NCBI GenBank assembly: GCA_963664825.1
Contig: OY761614.1
Location: forward strand, 2,016,001 to 2,080,000
DNA from: an uncultured Holophaga sp.
GTDB lineage: Bacteria > Acidobacteriota > Holophagae > Holophagales > Holophagaceae
DNA length: 64,000 bases
Reading direction: 5' to 3'
Numbering within the stretch: the stretch's first letter is position 1; each line of letters opens with the position of its first letter. Position numbers and translations under genes: made by a program. Shown here piece by piece: positions 9,456 to 19,448 of this stretch. A model generated the notes under the pieces. The model saw nothing but the letters and a program-made list of their open reading frames with translations, made no database searches and had not been told where the DNA came from.

Positions 9456-9839
9456 ATGCAAAGCCCCGCCGCGCCTTTCCTTCCGGTCTTCGCCCTGCTT
9501 GTGCTTGCCCTCGTGGTGGGCGTGGGCATTCTCTGGGTTTCGGGCTGGCTCCTGCCCAGGTTCCTCAAACCGAATAATCCCAAGCCCGGGAAACTCACGC
9601 CCTACGAATGCGGCGTGCCCCTGTTCCAGGGGGATGCTCGGCACCGCTACAGCGTGAAGTTCTACCTGGTGGCCGTCCTCTTCATCCTCTTCGACGTAGA
9701 GGCGGCCTTCCTGCTGCCCTGGGCCGTGCAGTTCAAGCGCAACCTGCATTCCTTTCCAGCGATGCTCGCCTTCATGGCCACCCTGCTGGTGGGTTACATC
9801 TACGTCTGGGGCAAGGGTGCCCTCGAATGGGAGAAGTGA
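9456..9839 (+). CDS. nuoA: NADH-quinone oxidoreductase subunit A
   Basis: KLTPYECG and FYLVAVLFILFDVE..KGALEW. Confidence 0.95.
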   Translation: MQSPAAPFLPVFALLVLALVVGVGILWVSGWLLPRFLKPNNPKPGKLTPYECGVPLFQGDARHRYSVKFYLVAVLFILFDVEAAFLLPWAVQFKRNLHSFPAMLAFMATLLVGYIYVWGKGALEWEK

Positions 9840-9840
9840 T

Positions 9841-10449
9841 ATGGCTGCGCTGAGCCTCGAGGACGCCGTCCTCCCCACGCGCCTGGATGCCATCCTGAAC
9901 TGGGGCCGTAAGAATAGCCTCTGGCCACTGCCCTATGGCACGGCCTGCTGCGCCATCGAGTTCATGAGCATGATGGCCTCCAAATACGACTTCAGCCGCT
10001 TCGGGGCGGAGGCCCTGCGCTTCAGCCCGCGGCAATCGGATCTGCTGCTGGTGCTGGGCACCATCACCAATAAACAGGCGCCCGTGCTGCGTCAGATCTA
10101 TGCCCAGATGGCCGAACCCAAGTGGGTGATGAGCGTGGGCGTCTGCGCCAGTTCGGGGGGCATGTACCGCACCTACGCCACACTCCAGGGCATCGATCGC
10201 GTCATCCCGGTGGATGTCTATGTGCCGGGCTGTCCGCCCCGTCCCGAGAGCATCATCTACGGCGCCATGAAGCTCCAGGCGAAGATCACTGCCGAGGCCC
10301 TCCGGGGCCGCAAGGCCCATATCGAGGCATTCTACGAGAGCTTTGACCGGCAAAAAGAAATGGAAGCAGCCAAGGGGCTCAGTCCCCATCAGGCTGTGCG
10401 CGAAATGATCATTGAGGCCGGGGATGCCGGCGTCCAGCGGATCTGGTGA
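9841..10449 (+). CDS. nuoB: NADH-quinone oxidoreductase subunit B
   Basis: GTACCAIE, FSPRQSD and VPGCPPRPE. Confidence 0.95.
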   Translation: MAALSLEDAVLPTRLDAILNWGRKNSLWPLPYGTACCAIEFMSMMASKYDFSRFGAEALRFSPRQSDLLLVLGTITNKQAPVLRQIYAQMAEPKWVMSVGVCASSGGMYRTYATLQGIDRVIPVDVYVPGCPPRPESIIYGAMKLQAKITAEALRGRKAHIEAFYESFDRQKEMEAAKGLSPHQAVREMIIEAGDAGVQRIW

Positions 10450-10453
10450 AGAG

Positions 10454-10960
10454 ATGGACACGCCCATGATCATCGAACGCATCGAAGAAATGCTGCCGGG
10501 GGCGCTCTTGGACCGCCACGATTTCCGCGGCGACCTGACCCTGGTGCTGGACCGCAGCCGCCTGCTGGAGGTGGTGGAGCTGGTCTTCGGGGAAGGCTTC
10601 CAGATGCTGCTGGACGTGACGGCGGTGGACTTCCTGGACCGCGATCCACGCTTCGATGTGGTCTATCACTTCCTCAATCTCACCAGCCAGGACCGTCTGC
10701 GCCTCAAGGTGCGCGTGGGTGAGGGGGAGGCCGTTCCGACGCTTTTGAAGCGCTTCAAGAGCGCCGATTGGAGCGAGCGGGAGGTGCAGGACATGTTCGG
10801 CATCCCCTTCGAGGGCCGTGGGGAGCTGAAGCGCCTGCTCATGTGGGAGGACTTCCCGGGCCACCCCCTGCGCAAGGATTTCCCCCTGGATGGGGGCGAC
10901 CGCTTCTGTGATGACACGGGCGCCTCCTTCGCGGGTGACGCCAAGAGCCTTCAGGCCTGA
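10454..10960 (+). CDS. nuoC: NADH-quinone oxidoreductase subunit C
   Basis: EREVQDMFGI and GHPLRKDFPL. Confidence 0.93.
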   Translation: MDTPMIIERIEEMLPGALLDRHDFRGDLTLVLDRSRLLEVVELVFGEGFQMLLDVTAVDFLDRDPRFDVVYHFLNLTSQDRLRLKVRVGEGEAVPTLLKRFKSADWSEREVQDMFGIPFEGRGELKRLLMWEDFPGHPLRKDFPLDGGDRFCDDTGASFAGDAKSLQA

Positions 10961-10967
10961 GGTGCCC

Positions 10968-12176
10968 ATGGATACAGCGACCCAGACCTCTCTCGAACAG
11001 GACGGCGACCGCATGATCGTCAACCTGGGGCCCTCCCATCCGGCCACCCATGGCACGCTGCGCATCGTTATGGAATTGGAGGGGGAATCCGTCCAGAAGG
11101 CCACGCCGGAGATCGGCTACCTGCATCGGGGCGTGGAGAAGCTGGGGGAGCATCTCAGCTACGCCCAGTTCATCCCCCTCACGGACCGCCTGAACTACTG
11201 TTCGTCGCTGATGAACAATGTGGGCTACGCTCTCGCCGTGGAGAAACTGCTGGGTATCCAGGATCCCCCCCGCAGCCAGGTGATCCGCGTGCTTGTTTCA
11301 GAGTTGGCCCGCATCGGCGACCACATCATCTGCGTGGGCATCAACGCCGTGGATCTGGGCGCCTACAGCGCCTTCCTCTATCTCTTCAAGGAGCGGGAGG
11401 CCATCTACGATCTCTTCGAATTGGCCGCGGGCCAGCGCATGCACACCAGCTTCACGCGCATCGGCGGCCTCATGCGGGATCTGCCGGAGACTTTCCTGCC
11501 CCTGCTGGAGCAGTTCCAGGACAGCATGCCCAGGAGCCTCGACGAGATGGAGAAGCTCCTCACCCATAACCCCATCTGGCACGATCGCACGAAGGGCGTG
11601 GGCCGGATCTTCCCGGAGGAGGCCATCTCCTGGGGCTACACGGGTCCCTGCCTGCGGGCCGCGGGCGTGGCCCAGGATCTCCGCAAGCTCCAGCCCTACC
11701 TGGGCTACGAGACCTTCGATTTCGATATCCCCATCGGCACCTGCGGCGATGTGTTCGACCGCTACCTGGTGCGCACCGAGGAGATGCGTCAGAGCCTGCG
11801 CATCATCGGCCAGTGCGTGGCCAAGCTCAAGGAGATCGGCCCCGGCCCCGTAATCGTCGACGACTATAAGATCGCCCTTCCGCCCAAACAGAAGGTCTAC
11901 ACCCGCATGGAGAGCCTCATCCACCACTTCAAGCTGGTGATGCACGGCATGGATATGCCCGAAGGCGAGATCTATTCCGCCACGGAGGCCGCCAACGGCG
12001 AACTGGGCTTCTACATCGTCTCCAAGGGAGGCAAGAGCCCCCACCGCATCCACGTGCGGCCTCCCTGTTTCCCCATATTCAATAGCTTCGACGAACAGGT
12101 GAGGGGCGGCTTGATTGCTGACGCTCTTGCGGTTCTCGGCTCGATGAATGTCATTGCGGGTGAGCTGGACCGATAG
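10968..12176 (+). CDS. nuoD: NADH-quinone oxidoreductase subunit D
   Basis: NLGPSHPATHG, GYLHRGVEK, DRLNY and C-terminal GELDR. Confidence 0.95.
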   Translation: MDTATQTSLEQDGDRMIVNLGPSHPATHGTLRIVMELEGESVQKATPEIGYLHRGVEKLGEHLSYAQFIPLTDRLNYCSSLMNNVGYALAVEKLLGIQDPPRSQVIRVLVSELARIGDHIICVGINAVDLGAYSAFLYLFKEREAIYDLFELAAGQRMHTSFTRIGGLMRDLPETFLPLLEQFQDSMPRSLDEMEKLLTHNPIWHDRTKGVGRIFPEEAISWGYTGPCLRAAGVAQDLRKLQPYLGYETFDFDIPIGTCGDVFDRYLVRTEEMRQSLRIIGQCVAKLKEIGPGPVIVDDYKIALPPKQKVYTRMESLIHHFKLVMHGMDMPEGEIYSATEAANGELGFYIVSKGGKSPHRIHVRPPCFPIFNSFDEQVRGGLIADALAVLGSMNVIAGELDR

Positions 12177-12375
12177 GCCGAGGTCTTGATCGTGATCATG
12201 GCGATGGGAGGACGAGCCGAGGCCGCGCTGGCCTTGGCCAGCGGGGCGGGGTCCATGGTCACCCGACACAGCGGAGCCGTGGAGGGGGACGACCGGCGCG
12301 AAGCGACGGCCCGGAGGGCGCGGCACAGGAAGTGCCGCGTCAGTGTCATTGCGGGCGAACTGGACCGATAGGCCG
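12149..12375 (+). repeat. 32-bp direct repeat of the nuoD 3' end (12149-12180 and 12344-12375) flanking a short hairpin-containing insert
   Basis: tgtcattgcggg[t/c]ga[g/a]ctggaccgataggccg, 30/32 identical. Confidence 0.9.
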
Positions 12376-12855
12376 GGTCCTATCGGCCAGGGCTCGCATG
12401 CCCTCCCGCAGGCGTTCGAGCAGATCCAGGAGCCGAGTCCTTTCGGCCTCGGGGAGCAGTCCCTCCAGTTCCCTGAGGAGGGAGGCGTGGACGAGGGAGA
12501 GGCTCCCCTGGCGGGCATCCCCCCGGGCCGTGAGTCGCACCCGGCAGCTGCGCCTGTCCTGGGGGTGGGGCAAGCGATCTACCAGGCCCATGGCCACCAG
12601 ACGGTCCACCAGGCGCGGCACATCGGCGCTGCGGGAGATGATCCGCTGGCGGAGTTCCCCGATGGCATAGCCCTCGGTGGGGCCGCCCTTGAGGATTCGG
12701 AGCACATTGAACTGGGAATCGGTGAGCTCCGCAGGCCTGAAGATCCGCTCCTCCATGAGTCGGGTCAGGTGTTCCCGGGTGAGGAGGACCGAGAGCGCCA
12801 GCTCATGCCCCGGCTCCAGGGGCTTCCCGATATGGAGTTCCTCGGCGATGCGCAT
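12346..12855 (-). CDS. MarR family transcriptional regulator
   Basis: LTDSQFNVLRIL..VPRLVDRL..GLV..DRR..VRLT; divergent from yceI. Confidence 0.88.
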   Translation of the reverse strand: MRIAEELHIGKPLEPGHELALSVLLTREHLTRLMEERIFRPAELTDSQFNVLRILKGGPTEGYAIGELRQRIISRSADVPRLVDRLVAMGLVDRLPHPQDRRSCRVRLTARGDARQGSLSLVHASLLRELEGLLPEAERTRLLDLLERLREGMRALADRTRPIGPVRPQ

Positions 12856-12975
12856 GGAATCGAGTCCTTTCTTGCAACCTACGATGGAAGCCCTCTGGGA
12901 GGGATGAAAAGTGTTGTCACATCCTTTTGAGATGCCGCATCCCAGGTAAATGAACATCTGCCATAAGGAGCTCCC

Positions 12976-13542
12976 ATGATGTTTCGTAGCCTCACCCTCC
13001 TCGCCGCGCTTTCGATCTCCCTTCCCGTCTTCGCCCAGGATGTCTACAAGATCGACGCCGTCCATAGCCAGATTGGATTCCGGATCCGCCATCTGGTGGC
13101 CAAGACTTCGGGCCGCTTCACGCGCTTCGAGGGCCTAGTGAAGGTCGATCCCAAGGACATCTCCAGATCCAGCGTGGAGATCCAGATCGACGCAGCCTCC
13201 ATCAATACGGATAACGAGGCCCGGGATAAGCACCTGCGCAGCGCCGATTTCTTCGAGGTGGCCAAGTTCCCGGTCATCACCTTCCGGAGCACCTCCGTGA
13301 AGGAAGTGGAAAAGGGCAAGCTCCGGGTGACGGGCGTGCTCGTCATGCACGGTGTGACGCGCACCATCAGCTTCCCCATCACCAACGCGGGCACGAGGCC
13401 GGGCATGCAGCCGGGCAGCGTGGCGGCCGGTTTCATTGACGGGGCCTTGAAGCTCAACCGCAACGATTTCGGCATCAAGACCTATCCCGGCGTGTTGGGG
13501 GATGATGTGGATATCAGCTTGGATATCGAAGCGGGCAAGTGA
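12976..13542 (+). CDS. yceI: YceI family polyisoprenoid-binding periplasmic protein
   Basis: Signal peptide, YKIDAVHSQIGF, RDKHLRSADFF and NRNDFGI. Confidence 0.9.
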   Translation: MMFRSLTLLAALSISLPVFAQDVYKIDAVHSQIGFRIRHLVAKTSGRFTRFEGLVKVDPKDISRSSVEIQIDAASINTDNEARDKHLRSADFFEVAKFPVITFRSTSVKEVEKGKLRVTGVLVMHGVTRTISFPITNAGTRPGMQPGSVAAGFIDGALKLNRNDFGIKTYPGVLGDDVDISLDIEAGK

Positions 13543-13588
13543 ACCAGTCCATTCCGGGCTGGCACGGCAGCCCTTCAGGAGGTCCTTC

Positions 13589-13825
13589 ATGAGTGAAGCC
13601 AAGGTCGTCGATACCAAGCCTGTGGTGCTCGAACTGGAGCCCGGAACCTACTATTGGTGCGCCTGCGGACGCTCCGCCAAGCACCCCTTCTGCGACGGGT
13701 CCCATCAGGGCACAGGCCTCAAATCCGTGAAGTTCGAATTGGCGGAGGCCAAACAGGTGGCCCTCTGCGCGTGCAAGCAGACGGGCAACCCGCCCTTCTG
13801 CGATGGCGCCCACAGGAAGCTCTGA
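13589..13825 (+). CDS. Twin CDGSH iron-sulfur domain protein
   Basis: WCACGRS..PFCDGSH and LCACKQT..PFCDGAH; AGGAGG RBS. Confidence 0.92.
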   Translation: MSEAKVVDTKPVVLELEPGTYYWCACGRSAKHPFCDGSHQGTGLKSVKFELAEAKQVALCACKQTGNPPFCDGAHRKL

Positions 13826-13878
13826 AAGGGCCTCCTCGATCTCGTTCCGGGCTAGAATTGTCCACATCGAGAGCGCCC

Positions 13879-14451
13879 ATGAATCAGCCCCTGCCTTCAG
13901 AGACCAGTGACGGGCCCCTCGCGCCGGGGCAGCGCCTTGAGCGTTCCCAGCGGGAAATCCTGAGCCCTGAAACGGAAGGGGCGATTCGCGCCCTGGCCTT
14001 GAAATATCCCGATAAGCTGGCCGCCACCCTGCCGGCGCTTCATCTGGCCCAGGCCGATCTCGGGTTCACGAGCCTGGCGGCCATGAAGGAGGTGGCGCGG
14101 ATTCTGGAGATCCCCGCGGGCCATGTCTACGGCGTGGCCACCTTCTATACGATGTTTCATCAGAAGCCCCTGGGGAAGTTCCACCTGCAGGTCTGCACCA
14201 ATCTCTGCTGTGCGTTAAGGGGGGGCGCCCAGCTCTTCGAACGGCTCTGCGAGCGGTTCGGCGTGAAGCCTGGGGAAGTCAGCTCCGACGGCCTGTGGAG
14301 CGTGGAGGAAGTGGAATGCCTGGGCAGCTGCGGCAGCGGCCCCTGCCTGCAAGTGAACCAGGAGGTCTACGACGAGTTCCTGGATGACGCCCGCCTGGAC
14401 GCCGTGATCGAGGCCTGCCAGCGGGGGGATGTCTCCGAGTGGGGGAAGTGA
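13879..14451 (+). CDS. nuoE: NADH-quinone oxidoreductase subunit E
   Basis: VATFYTMF, VCTNLCC and VECLGSC. Confidence 0.92.
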   Translation: MNQPLPSETSDGPLAPGQRLERSQREILSPETEGAIRALALKYPDKLAATLPALHLAQADLGFTSLAAMKEVARILEIPAGHVYGVATFYTMFHQKPLGKFHLQVCTNLCCALRGGAQLFERLCERFGVKPGEVSSDGLWSVEEVECLGSCGSGPCLQVNQEVYDEFLDDARLDAVIEACQRGDVSEWGK

Positions 14452-15833
14452 TGGGCGCGATCCGCACCAAACCTGACTCCCAGAGCTACACCTTCGAGGG
14501 ATTCGGCACCGAACGCTTCCCCAATTTCATGCTCCGGGGTGCGGGCGATCTGGACAACTGGCATCTCAAGACCTACGAACAGCGCCACGAGGGCTACGAG
14601 GCCCTGAGGAAGGCCTTGAAGCTAGATCCTGCCGCCGTGACGGCGGAGGTGAAGGCCTCGGGGCTGAGGGGCCGGGGGGGGGCGGGCTTTCCCACGGGAT
14701 TGAAGTGGACCTTCATGCCCAAGGATTCGGACGAGCGCAAGCATACGCGCTACCTGGTGTGCAACGCCGATGAAGGCGAGCCGGGCACCTTCAAGGACCG
14801 GGCCATCCTGGAGTACAACCCCCACCAGCTCCTCGAGGGCATGATTCTAGCGGCCTGGGCCATGCAGTGCCAACTCGGCTTCATCTACGTGCGCGGCGAA
14901 TTTAAGTGGCTGGTGGACAAGCTGGAGGCCGCCCTCCAGGAGGCCCGGGAGGCGGGTTACCTGGGCCAGAACATCCTGGGCACGGGTTGGGATTTCGATA
15001 TCCTCACCTACCGCGGCGCGGGAGCTTATATCTGCGGCGAGGAGACGGCCCTGCTCAATTCCTTGGAGGGCCGCCGGGGCGAGCCCCGGGTGAAGCCTCC
15101 CTTCCCGGCCACCCAGGGCGCCTACGGCCAGCCAACGACTGTCAATAACGTGGAGACCCTGGCGACCGTGCCTGTGATCCTGCGTCTCGGGGGTGCGGCC
15201 TACGCCCGCATCGGCACGCCCAATAACACGGGCACCCGCATCTTCGGCGTCTCGGGCCAGGTGAAGCGGCCGGGCCTCTACGAACTGCCCCTGGGCACCC
15301 CCCTGAACTTCCTCGTGCATGACCTGGCGGGGGGATCCAGCACGGGGAAGCCGATCAAGGCCATCATCCCCGGGGGCAGCAGTTCGCCCATGCTGGACGA
15401 AAAGGACTTCGACTGTCCCATGGATTTCGACGCCCTGAAGGCCCGGGGCAGCATGGCCGGGAGCGGCGGCGTCATCGTCATGGACGAGGATGTCTGCATG
15501 GTGGAGGTCACCCTGCGCCTCACCCGCTTCTATGCCGAGGAGTCCTGCGGCCAGTGCACCCCCTGTCGCGAAGGCTGCCACTGGCTAGAGATGGTGCTGC
15601 ACCGCATCGAGCACGGTCAGGGCAAACCCAGCGACTTGGATCTCATCGCCAGCCTCACGCCCCGCATCAATCTGCGCACCCTCTGTCCCCTGGGGGACGC
15701 CGCCTGCGGCCCCATCGATTCGGCCCTCCAGAAGTTCCGGCATGAATTCGAGCACCACATCGAGCACGGGACCTGCCTAGTCAAGGGGCCCCGGCTGATG
15801 TGCGCGAGCGTCCTCCCTGGCGCTTCTGAATGA
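14451..15833 (+). CDS. nuoF: NADH-quinone oxidoreductase subunit F
   Basis: [39 protein letters not shown] and CPLG. Confidence 0.95.
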   Translation: MGAIRTKPDSQSYTFEGFGTERFPNFMLRGAGDLDNWHLKTYEQRHEGYEALRKALKLDPAAVTAEVKASGLRGRGGAGFPTGLKWTFMPKDSDERKHTRYLVCNADEGEPGTFKDRAILEYNPHQLLEGMILAAWAMQCQLGFIYVRGEFKWLVDKLEAALQEAREAGYLGQNILGTGWDFDILTYRGAGAYICGEETALLNSLEGRRGEPRVKPPFPATQGAYGQPTTVNNVETLATVPVILRLGGAAYARIGTPNNTGTRIFGVSGQVKRPGLYELPLGTPLNFLVHDLAGGSSTGKPIKAIIPGGSSSPMLDEKDFDCPMDFDALKARGSMAGSGGVIVMDEDVCMVEVTLRLTRFYAEESCGQCTPCREGCHWLEMVLHRIEHGQGKPSDLDLIASLTPRINLRTLCPLGDAACGPIDSALQKFRHEFEHHIEHGTCLVKGPRLMCASVLPGASE

Positions 15834-15971
15834 AGCAGGGCGGGCCACTGGATGCTAGCGCGAAGCGGGATATGATCAAAAAAGTTGGCTCTTTGAAAAA
15901 TTGAAAAAAAAATCGTCACATCGTCCGCCTCCGTGAAAGAATCAAGGCCATTCATGCACGGGGGTGCGCCA

Positions 15972-16832
15972 ATGGACCGGCAGATATTCTTCAACGGGGG
16001 ATTCCACCCGGAGACCGAGAAGCTCCTGAGCATCCAGGACCGGGGGATCTGCTTCGCCGATGGCCTGTTCGAGGTGATCCGCTGCGTGAACGGCAGGTTC
16101 CTGCTCTTCGGCAAGCACATTGGGCGCATGCGGGAGAGTGCGGCCTCGCTCCGGATGGACTTCCCCTATGCGACGGAGGAACTGCTGGAAACCTGCCGGG
16201 AGCTCTCGCGCCGCAACGGTATCCTGGACGGTGAGCTGTACCTGGAGATCACCCGGGGGGAGGCGCCTCGGTACCACACCTTTCCGGAGGGGGTCCGGCC
16301 CAACTTCTTCATCGTCCTCATCCCCCTCCGTAGGATGCCCGAGGATTGCTGGTCCGTGGGGGTCCGGACCGTGACGTTCCAGGACATCCGCTGGGGGTAC
16401 TGCCACATCAAGTCCATCAACCTGCTGCCCAACGTGCTGGGCAAGCAGTTCGCGAAGGAGAAGGGCGCCTTCGAGGCCCTTTTCTTCCGCGAGGACGGGA
16501 AGGGCCGGTATCTGACCGAAGGCCCCAGTTCGACGATCTTCTGTGTGCGGGAGGGGATCCTGACCACACCCGAGCTGGACAACATCCTCCCAGGCACGAC
16601 CCGCCATTACGTCCTGGAACTGGCGCGGAAGTGCGGCATGGAAGTGCGCGAACGCCGCCTGTATCTCCAGGAGTTCCTGGCCGCGGAAGAGGCCTTCATC
16701 TCCAGCACCGTCTCCGAGGTGATGCCGGTGGTGAAGGTGGACGACACCGTCCTCAGCGGAGGGCGGAAGGGGCCGGTCACGGAGCGCCTCCAGGCGTTGT
16801 ACGCGGAATTCAAGAAGGAACACCTGGAATAG
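15972..16832 (+). CDS. dat: Class IV PLP aminotransferase, D-amino-acid aminotransferase-like
   Basis: DRGICFADGLFEV, YLEITRG..RYHTFP, DIRW..CHIKSINLLPNV, TEGPS and ILPGTTR. Confidence 0.8.
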   Translation: MDRQIFFNGGFHPETEKLLSIQDRGICFADGLFEVIRCVNGRFLLFGKHIGRMRESAASLRMDFPYATEELLETCRELSRRNGILDGELYLEITRGEAPRYHTFPEGVRPNFFIVLIPLRRMPEDCWSVGVRTVTFQDIRWGYCHIKSINLLPNVLGKQFAKEKGAFEALFFREDGKGRYLTEGPSSTIFCVREGILTTPELDNILPGTTRHYVLELARKCGMEVRERRLYLQEFLAAEEAFISSTVSEVMPVVKVDDTVLSGGRKGPVTERLQALYAEFKKEHLE

Positions 16833-16893
16833 GTTGCCCTCGAACCCAAATCGACGATCAGCCAGCCTCATTTCGGCCGGAAAGGCGGTGCCC

Positions 16894-18513
16894 ATGTGCC
16901 CTTCTCGCAGTCTTGCCCTGACCCGGGCCGCGGTTCTGTTGGTCGTGGCCGTCTGCCTGGCCCTCCCGCTTCTTTCGGGCGCGCCCCCGACCCGGAGGGT
17001 GGATCCGGAGGCCCTGCTTCGATCACTGGCAGATCCCGATCCTCGATCACGGGAGGAGGCCCTGGCCAGCTTGCACCGGCTCGGACCCGAGGAACAGGGC
17101 GTGGTCAAGATCCTGGTGATGGCCCTGGGCCACCAGGACATCTATGTGCGGGGCGCGGCGGCCCTGGGCCTGGGCCGGATCGGCGAAACCGCCGTCCCGG
17201 CGCTGGTGGGAGCGCTGCAGGACGCTCATGCCGAAGTCCGATGGTCGGCGGCCATTGCCCTGGGACAGGTGGGAGCCGCCGCCAAGGGGGCCGTGCCGGC
17301 CCTGATCAAGTCCCTGGCCGATTCGGACGAGAATGTCCGCTCCGCATCAGCATTTGCCCTGGGGGGGCTCGGCGAGGCGGCTCGGGAGGCGACATCGGCG
17401 CTGGGTGCGCGGCTTAGCGACCGGGAGGAGGCCGTGCGGACGGCGGCTGCCTGGGCCTTGAGGCAGGCCGCCCCCGGGAGCCGGGCACCTCTGCTCACCC
17501 GCGATGCCCTGGCTACTACCATCGACCACCTTGTCCCTGCCCTGATGGAGGAACTCCATGTACCCGGCGTGGCCATAGCGCTGATCCAGGAACGACGGTT
17601 GGTCTGGTCCCAGGGCTATGGCGTCAGGAATGCCCAGTCCCAGGAACCGGTCACTACCGGAACGGTCTTCGAGGCGGCCTCCATGAGCAAACCCATTCTT
17701 GGCATGTTGGCGTTGCAGTTGGTGGACCGGGGGCAGCTAAACCTCGACCGCCCGCTGGAGGCCTACGGGAAGGAACAGATCCTGCCCGAACTGCCCGAGC
17801 GCCGTCTCGTGACGGCCCGGATGGCCCTTTCCCACACGTCCGGGTTTCCCAACTGGCGTCCGGGTGGGGAGGAGCGGGAAGGACCCATCCCGCTCCTGTT
17901 CCGTCCGGGCTCCCGGTTCGGCTACTCCGGAGAGGGAATCTTCTACCTCCAGCGGGCGCTCGAACGGATCACGGGCCAGCCCCTCGACCAGTGGGCGACT
18001 CACAGCCTCTTCGCTCCTCTCGGGCTGGTGGCCACGGGTTTCGTCTGGACTCCAGCCCTCGAGGCTCGGCTTGCCAGCGGTCACCGGGACAATGGGATGG
18101 TCCTGGGTAAATCCAAGTATCTGCACCCCAATGCGGCCTACTCCCTCTATACCACGGTCGAGGACTACGCATCCCTGCTCGTTGAAGTCATGAAGGCCGA
18201 ACGGGGTGATTCAAGGCTTCTCTCCAAGGCCTCTGCCCAGGAGGCCCTCACCCATCAGGTTCGCCTGGACGCTCGCGCACCCATGGAACGCCCGGGCCTT
18301 GCGCGGGGCACTGCGGTCTTCTGGGGCCTGGGCTGGTCCATCAACGCCACGGAGCAGGGAGACATCGCCCATCACAGTGGGGCCAATGGGACCGGGTTCC
18401 GATGCTTCTCCCAGTTCTTCCCCTCCCGTGGCACAGGCCTGGTCATCCTGACCAACGGCACCCAGGGCGGCGATCTCTGGACCCGCCTGGTTGCGGCGAT
18501 CGGGGATCTCTGA
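16894..18513 (+). CDS. Secreted HEAT-repeat plus beta-lactamase-family serine hydrolase fusion
   Basis: Signal peptide, several PBS-lyase-type HEAT repeats (VR..AA.ALG), SxxK (ASMSK), LSHTSG, YSG and HSG. Confidence 0.8.
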   Translation: MCPSRSLALTRAAVLLVVAVCLALPLLSGAPPTRRVDPEALLRSLADPDPRSREEALASLHRLGPEEQGVVKILVMALGHQDIYVRGAAALGLGRIGETAVPALVGALQDAHAEVRWSAAIALGQVGAAAKGAVPALIKSLADSDENVRSASAFALGGLGEAAREATSALGARLSDREEAVRTAAAWALRQAAPGSRAPLLTRDALATTIDHLVPALMEELHVPGVAIALIQERRLVWSQGYGVRNAQSQEPVTTGTVFEAASMSKPILGMLALQLVDRGQLNLDRPLEAYGKEQILPELPERRLVTARMALSHTSGFPNWRPGGEEREGPIPLLFRPGSRFGYSGEGIFYLQRALERITGQPLDQWATHSLFAPLGLVATGFVWTPALEARLASGHRDNGMVLGKSKYLHPNAAYSLYTTVEDYASLLVEVMKAERGDSRLLSKASAQEALTHQVRLDARAPMERPGLARGTAVFWGLGWSINATEQGDIAHHSGANGTGFRCFSQFFPSRGTGLVILTNGTQGGDLWTRLVAAIGDL

Positions 18514-18719
18514 TCCGGCCCCAGGGGGAACCATTTCCGGACCAGCGTGTGTGAGCTTCCTCACACACCGTCTCCGCGCCTTGCTACTAAGCCTGTCTCT
18601 AGGAGAAAATGAACCTGCCAACAGAATGGGGGCGGTGTGTGACTGCCCCGCAGGTTCTGTCTGGCTCCATTTTTTGAATCAATTTGGAAATAGAGCCCTG
18701 GCGGGGCAGAAGCGGAAGC

Positions 18720-19448
18720 ATGGCGATCGGCATCGGGACTCTTGATAAGGACGAATTCCTGGAAGGCGTCCATAACGCTGTGCCCATCTTCATCGGCTAC
18801 TTCACCTGTTCCCTGGCCTTCGGCCTCCTGGCCGTCTCCACGGGTGTCTCTCCCCTGCTGGCCATCCTCTTCTCGGCCACCAATCTCACGGGGGCCGCCC
18901 AGTTCATGGCCATCAATCTCCTGGGCTCCGGGGCCGCCCTCAGCGAGATCTTCATTTCCGTCCTGCTCATGAACATGCGGTATTTCATCATGAGCATGGC
19001 CATCTCCCGGAAGATCGCCTTCCAGCGCATAGAGGACCGTTTCCTGCTGGCCTTCGGCATCACCGACGAAGTCTTCTCGGTGGCTTCCCTGCGCCCCGGC
19101 CAGGTCTCCCGGTCCTTCATGCTTGGCCTGGAGGGCTTCTCCTGGCTGGGCTGGGCCACGGGCACCGTGGCGGGAGTCACCATCGGCTCCTTCCTGCCCA
19201 AGTCCCTCCAGGACGCCATGTCGGGAGCCCTCTTCGCCCTCTTCGCGGCCCTCCTGGTGCCCGAGATCAAGAAGAGCCACCTGCCCCTGGTGCTCGCCCT
19301 CTCGGCCGGAGCCCTGAATTCGGCCCTCTACTACATCGCGAGGGTGCCTGCGGGCTGGTCCATCGTCATCTCCATGCTGGTCATCACCGCCATTGGCGCG
19401 GCCCTCTTCGAAGACGCGCCCGAGGATGCGGAGGTGGCCAATGCATAG
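18720..19448 (+). CDS. azlC: AzlC family branched-chain amino acid exporter
   Basis: GAAQF, NMRY and FGITDEVFSVA. Confidence 0.88.
   Translation: MAIGIGTLDKDEFLEGVHNAVPIFIGYFTCSLAFGLLAVSTGVSPLLAILFSATNLTGAAQFMAINLLGSGAALSEIFISVLLMNMRYFIMSMAISRKIAFQRIEDRFLLAFGITDEVFSVASLRPGQVSRSFMLGLEGFSWLGWATGTVAGVTIGSFLPKSLQDAMSGALFALFAALLVPEIKKSHLPLVLALSAGALNSALYYIARVPAGWSIVISMLVITAIGAALFEDAPEDAEVANA

Noticed and set aside
12186..12371. 61-aa ORF ending in VIAGELDR as a real gene
   Set aside because: It is a by-product of the nuoD 3' duplication, with a TTG start, no RBS and atypical composition.
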